Below the pieces are notes generated by a model. The model ran no database searches. It had not been told where the DNA came from and saw nothing but the letters and a program-made list of their open reading frames with translations. This document shows, in pieces, positions 59,617-64,000 of a stretch of DNA of 64,000 nt. A program made the translations under genes and the position numbers. Source of the stretch: Promethearchaeota archaeon (GTDB taxonomy: Archaea > Asgardarchaeota > Lokiarchaeia > Sigyniarchaeales > SOKP01); assembly GCA_048940445.1 (NCBI GenBank), contig JBHLON010000008.1:1-64000 (forward strand), read 5' to 3'. The stretch's first letter is position 1. Each line of letters opens with the position of its first letter.

Positions 59617-60406
59617 GTGCTCCATAATTTTTATTTAATAGATCAGTATACAGGTAAAAAATAAAAGGATTTTTTTCTTATTTTCCTGAATTTGTCTGAT
59701 CCATAGGAAATATGGAACCATTGAGTTTAATCAAGATTTAGTTTCAGGTTTTCTAACTGCCCTTAAAGACTTTAGTGTTGAGTTCTCAAAAGGAAGTGGT
59801 GAACTCAAAATTATAGATTGTGGATAGAGTATATTCATAAATAAAAATATGCAGATTTTTTATCTGTTGTTGGTCTTTAAGGAGGGTGTATTATGTACTG
59901 CTGCAGCTGACAAAAATGATGATGCTAAAATTACCCATAAAGCGTTGAGCGATATTATTGACAAATTTATTGAAGTTCATGGTGAAACAATTAAAAATTG
60001 GGGAGGTGATGTTCGTCTTTTTAGAGATTTTGAACCAATTATAGATACAATTCTACAGGGAGGAAGGATAGCAGAAGTCCAAATGAAGATACCAATACTA
60101 AAGATTTATGAAAAAGATTTCCTTAAGTCCCGTAAGCAGATTACAAAAAAAGGTTTGATAATTTCTGAAGAAGATTTGCGAAAGTCTCAAAACCAAAAGC
60201 CTGAATGGACTTCAAAGAGATTACCAACACAAATAATAACTCAAGGTTTTTTGGATGAACAAATGTATAAGATAGCACACTTAGCAGATGGTTTTCATAC
60301 AATTTCAGATATTGCAGAAGAAAGTGGTAAACCTGAAAGTGAAATCGAAGTAATGATTGATGATTTGGATGATTTAGGGCTTTTAAAATTTATTGAGCTT
60401 AAGTAA
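59617..60406 (+). CDS. Intron-containing longin-domain + winged-helix protein: join(59617..59656,59691..59816,59847..60406), 241 aa
   Basis: GAGGTGA SD at 59600-59606. Spliced product MLHNFYLIDQYTGICLIHRKYGTIEFNQDLVSGFLTALKDFSVEFSKGSGELKIIDMQIFYLLLVFKEGVLCTAAADK... reads as a longin fold; C-terminal ADGFHTISDIAEESG..ESEIEVMIDDLDDLGLL is wHTH-like. Confidence 0.8.
59657..59690 (+). other. BHB-type intron 1 (34 nt) in protein-coding gene
   Basis: Central helix CAGG/CCTG, bulges TAA and AAT, inner stem AAAATAA/TTATTTT, outer GATCAG/CTGATC; contains an in-frame TAA and shifts the frame. Confidence 0.8.
59817..59846 (+). other. BHB-type (relaxed) intron 2 (30 nt) in protein-coding gene
   Basis: Central helix TTAT/ATAA, bulges AGA and AAA, 9-bp inner stem TTGTGGATA/TATTCATAA; contains an in-frame TAG. 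Confidence 0.78.
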
Positions 60407-60538
60407 AAATTTTAATATAAAGTTATAAACATTGATTTTCAATACTTTTTATATTTAATAAAAATAGGTCTCTTTCCTAATTTTCTTCCTTATAAAAATA
60501 AAAAAATTTATGAAAATTCTTCTATTTATTAATGTATT

Positions 60539-62005
60539 ATGAATATGAATAAAATTGATGACAATATATACGAAATACCACCAACAACGCTAATGGCACG
60601 AGTGGAAGGGAGAATTGAGAAATTTCAAATGAAGGTACCCGTCCATATTTATGCTAATGAGTATATTCTTGAAAAAATCAAACAAGATAAAACTCTTGAC
60701 CAAATTGCTAATGTAGCTTGTTTAAAGGGAGTTGAAAAGCATGTTATAGCCCTCTCAGATGCTCATCAAGGCTACGGTTTTTGTATAGGAGGTGTTGCTG
60801 GGACAGATGCAGAAACAGGGATGATATCACCTGGAGGAGTTGGTTATGATATTAACTGTGGGGTAAGATTATTAAGGACAAATTTGATGATTCAAGACAT
60901 AGATAACACGTTACCAAGTTTATTGAATACCATTTTTAAAAATATACCATCTGGTTTGGGTTCCAAAGGGAAACTAAATATTAATTTTTCAGATTTAGAT
61001 GATGTATTGAATACTGGAATGAATTGGACATTAGAAAATAATTATGCTATTGATGAAGATCTTAAACATTGCGAAGAAAAAGGTTGTTTGAAAGATGCTG
61101 ATGCTAATTTAGTTTCCAAAAAAGCTAAGGAAAGGGGATTCAAACAACTTGGATCACTAGGGAGTGGAAATCACTTTCTTGAGATACAGAAAGTTGATGA
61201 GATTTTTAATGAATTAACGGCAAAAAAGTTAGGGATATATGAGAAAGACCAAATCACGATTATGGTTCATACAGGATCTCGGGCGCTTGGACATCAAGTT
61301 TGTACCGATTCGTTACGAAGTGTAGAAAGAGCAATGAAGAAATACAACATAAAAGTACCAGATCGTGAATTAGCATGCGTTCCTGCAGACACTCCTGAAG
61401 CTCAAAATTATCTAAGTCAAATGGCTTGTGCGGCAAATTTTGGATTTGCTAATCGTCAGTTGATTACTCATTGGTTACGAGAATCTTTTCAACAACATTT
61501 CAAAGGGGAGGATTTAGATTTGCAATTGGTATATGGAGTATGTCACAATATTCTGAAGATTGAAGAGCATGAAATAAATGGGAAAAAAGTGAATTTAAAT
61601 GTACATCGTAAGGGTGCTACTAGGGCTTTTCCCCCTGGGCATCCAGTACTTCCTCAAGAGTATAGAGATATAGGACAACCAGTATTAATTCCGGGTACCA
61701 TGGGTAGCGCTTCATATCTTTGTGTAGGGAAGCCCAAATCAATGGAACTTTCTTTTGGGTCTACTGCTCATGGATCGGGAAGAATTATGTCTAGATCTAA
61801 AGCGATTTCAAAATATAGGGGGTCTATAGTAAGAGAAGATCTCAATAATCGAGGTATTTTAATTAAAGCAGCATCAATGAAAGTAATTGCCGAAGAAGCC
61901 CCAGGTGCTTATAAAGATATCGATCAAGTTGTTCAAGTAAGTCATGATTTAGACATTGTTGAAAAGATTGTAAGATTAGTCCCGATTGGTGTTGTAAAAG
62001 GTTAG
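60539..62005 (+). CDS. rtcB: tRNA-splicing ligase RtcB
   Basis: DAHQGYGF, GYDINCG, GSGNHF, HTGSR, HN, HRKGAT, STAHGSGR, EEAP.AYK; no intein. Confidence 0.97.
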   Translation: MNMNKIDDNIYEIPPTTLMARVEGRIEKFQMKVPVHIYANEYILEKIKQDKTLDQIANVACLKGVEKHVIALSDAHQGYGFCIGGVAGTDAETGMISPGGVGYDINCGVRLLRTNLMIQDIDNTLPSLLNTIFKNIPSGLGSKGKLNINFSDLDDVLNTGMNWTLENNYAIDEDLKHCEEKGCLKDADANLVSKKAKERGFKQLGSLGSGNHFLEIQKVDEIFNELTAKKLGIYEKDQITIMVHTGSRALGHQVCTDSLRSVERAMKKYNIKVPDRELACVPADTPEAQNYLSQMACAANFGFANRQLITHWLRESFQQHFKGEDLDLQLVYGVCHNILKIEEHEINGKKVNLNVHRKGATRAFPPGHPVLPQEYRDIGQPVLIPGTMGSASYLCVGKPKSMELSFGSTAHGSGRIMSRSKAISKYRGSIVREDLNNRGILIKAASMKVIAEEAPGAYKDIDQVVQVSHDLDIVEKIVRLVPIGVVKG

Positions 62006-62012
62006 TTTACAT

Positions 62013-62450
62013 TTAGATATCGAATATAATCTCGATTTCAAATTTATCTTTTTTTTCTTGTATATTCATATATGAATAAGTAACCGCTTTTACTTCAGTC
62101 CCAATTTCATGTTTATTTTTATCAAATTTCTCTCCTTTAACAATAGATTTTAGATAATAGTCATTATTTGTTATCGTTATCAAATCAACTATAATATCGC
62201 TAAAAATTAATCCTTCTACGTCAAAAAAATATAGAAATTCAGAGAGATAGTCAAATAATAAAGAATATATATCTTCTGATGTTACTTCAATATTCTTTTC
62301 AATAAATGGTGATACTTTTTTTAAATCTGGAGACATTATAGCCATTAAACTTAAAGCTGTTTGTGTAAATGCTTCTTCTAAAGTTGTTCCCCAACTTCTC
62401 ACTTTAATGTCTGCAGTATGTTCTTTAAATTCAAATCCTGCTTTCTTCAT
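62013..62450 (-). CDS. Archease (RtcB cofactor)
   Basis: EHTADI, GTEVKAVTY, C-terminal FDI. Confidence 0.95.
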   Translation of the reverse strand: MKKAGFEFKEHTADIKVRSWGTTLEEAFTQTALSLMAIMSPDLKKVSPFIEKNIEVTSEDIYSLLFDYLSEFLYFFDVEGLIFSDIIVDLITITNNDYYLKSIVKGEKFDKNKHEIGTEVKAVTYSYMNIQEKKDKFEIEIIFDI

Positions 62451-62502
62451 TGTTATAACTAATTCTAAAAGATAATTAGTATTTTTTAAATTTTTATATC
62501 AT

Positions 62503-63093
62503 TTGAATTTTTTTAGGACTTTAAATCTCTTTTTAAAAAGATTCTTTTGTATGTTTTATACGAACTTAGATGATTTGATCTTTTATCAGTGTTTAAAATT
62601 CATTAGAAAATATTCCAATTTTGAACTTAAATTATTTCATTATTTTTATAACAAAACCAAGATTTATCCGAAGAATATCATAATCATCAATCATATTATT
62701 TTCTTTTTTGTTAATAATGAAGACTATTTTGAAGCAAAATCTTATTTACATGCTTTAAGACTTAATTTATGCAAAAAAGTAGCATTAATTCGTTCAGAAA
62801 ATGTATTAATCAATTTAATTCATAGTTTTTTTCCAGATATTTATATTCATGATATAAGAGTTGAATATAATATTTATTCTCATAAGCGAGAAATAACCGT
62901 TAATCTTCTCACATTTGAAGAAAGAGGAATTGCGGTAGGAAAAAATGGAGATTATATAAAGGCTATTAATGAATTAATCGAAAAATATATAGAATTTCAA
63001 AAATTTGGGAAACCCCTAAAAATAACATGTAAAGTTACTAGGTTATTTACCACGGAACGCCCTTTAAACCAGTTAGATACGCTACTGTATTAG
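62503..63093 (+). CDS. Divergent archaeal NusA-like KH-domain protein
   Basis: Second KH motif RGIAVGKNGDYIK intact; first KH lacks GxxG; true start uncertain. Confidence 0.65.
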   Translation: MNFFRTLNLFLKRFFCMFYTNLDDLIFYQCLKFIRKYSNFELKLFHYFYNKTKIYPKNIIIINHIIFFFVNNEDYFEAKSYLHALRLNLCKKVALIRSENVLINLIHSFFPDIYIHDIRVEYNIYSHKREITVNLLTFEERGIAVGKNGDYIKAINELIEKYIEFQKFGKPLKITCKVTRLFTTERPLNQLDTLLY

Positions 63094-63841
63094 CAATAAT
63101 GCTCACCGAGGGTGTTAAAATCAATAGAAAAGTAATGATTAAGATATCAGGGGCTAAATATAATCCAGGGAAAATTAAAGCAGGTATTGACGCAAAAAGA
63201 ATTGCAAATAATACAAAATCTAATTGATCAATTATCCAAAAAGGATCCCCACTCTGAATATTCAATCTTCTTTTAAAAAAAGAGCCAACTAAATCCCCAA
63301 ATGCAGCTCCATAGGAGCATAAAATTATTCTTAATAGTATCATTAGGATCCCTACTGGGAAAGGCCCTCCAATAAAATAATATTGATAATAAATTAAATT
63401 TGAATAGACTTTATATATTCCATTTGTTATTCCAGAAAGTGGTATAACTTCAATAGCTGGCCACAGTGCTAGAAATAAAAGAAATATTCCAAAAGAAATT
63501 GGTAGACCTAGATAAAGTGGACCAAAAATAAATCCACGCCAGGTTTTATGATTACCAAATATCCTTCGGCCATCTTTTAAAACTTTTCCCCGATCTATCG
63601 GGGAAAGGTTGCCTCCACCAAATCGTGGATGAGTTACCACCACCATACCTGCATTTGCTATATAGCCTGGGGCGATAAATAATAAACTAAAAATGAGAAG
63701 AGCAACCCAATCAGTCCACGAAAACACGAGAGAAATAATCAAAAAATTCATAATAAGTAAGCATGTGAAGCTTATAGCTAAAATCTTTGCAATGTTAATA
63801 TTTCTCTTCTTAAAAGAATCAGTATTATCATTTTGAGACAT
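63047..63841 (-). CDS. carS: CDP-archaeol synthase
   Basis: PGYIANA, PIDRG..LKDGRRIFGNHKTWRG, GDLVGSFFKRR, DQLD, GLKGVPW. Confidence 0.94.
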   Translation of the reverse strand: MSQNDNTDSFKKRNINIAKILAISFTCLLIMNFLIISLVFSWTDWVALLIFSLLFIAPGYIANAGMVVVTHPRFGGGNLSPIDRGKVLKDGRRIFGNHKTWRGFIFGPLYLGLPISFGIFLLFLALWPAIEVIPLSGITNGIYKVYSNLIYYQYYFIGGPFPVGILMILLRIILCSYGAAFGDLVGSFFKRRLNIQSGDPFWIIDQLDFVLFAILFASIPALIFPGLYLAPDILIITFLLILTPSVSIIANTVAYLTGLKGVPW

Positions 63842-64000
63842 TTTTCTGGAACAAATTGTGAGAAAACTTAGTTAAATTAATTATTTATTAAAGTTAAATA
63901 TTAGTAAAAATAAATTAGGGTAATAAATCATTAATAATATTGTTGTATAAATAACGATCTTTTAAAAGTGAAACTGTGATATAAAAAATACAGAAAAGAT

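Noticed and set aside
59654-59690. Spliceosomal-type intron (CAG|GTAAA resembles a 5' splice site)
   Set aside because: No 3' AG at a frame-restoring position; the BHB model explains both ends
59617-59848. Pseudogene or frameshift explanation for the broken 5' end of the longin gene
   Set aside because: Both lesions are discrete inserts with BHB geometry whose rule-based removal restores the frame exactly; the exons show no other decay
1-64000. CRISPR array, rRNA, IS elements, inteins in RtcB/TFB
   Set aside because: No regularly spaced repeats, long GC-rich RNA genes, transposase motifs or length anomalies seen

Overview
AT-rich archaeal chromosomal DNA, most likely from an Asgard archaeon of the Lokiarchaeia type. 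This is inferred from archaeal core genes (gatDE, archaeal MAT, CarS, Nop5/fibrillarin, TFB, exosome superoperon) together with eukaryotic-signature-like proteins (profilin, longin, AN1 and LITAF zinc fingers, polyproline/WH2-like proteins). It holds about 70 CDS and four tRNA genes (Val-TAC, Ser-GCT, Ser-TGA, Lys-CTT); three tRNAs carry introns, two at non-canonical positions. No rRNA, CRISPR array or recognisable transposase was seen. Main finding: a protein-coding gene (59617-60406, longin + winged-helix) immediately upstream of rtcB/archease is interrupted by two short bulge-helix-bulge-type introns (34 and 30 nt). Cutting at the standard tRNA-endonuclease positions restores one 241-aa reading frame, which points to tRNA-type mRNA splicing of a eukaryotic-signature gene. 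Other candidates: an unannotated 50-aa WH2/actobindin-like peptide; a mini WAVE/WASH-like polyproline protein next to a BAR-like protein; an 8-gene operon with a catalytically degenerate SMC-like protein, a KITE-like protein and an AAA+ ATPase; tandem RHH-DHp-REC regulators; a five-repeat putative nuclease; AN1-fused membrane protease/pseudoprotease genes; and signs of near-cognate start codons. All family calls come from reading motifs by eye, not from database searches.
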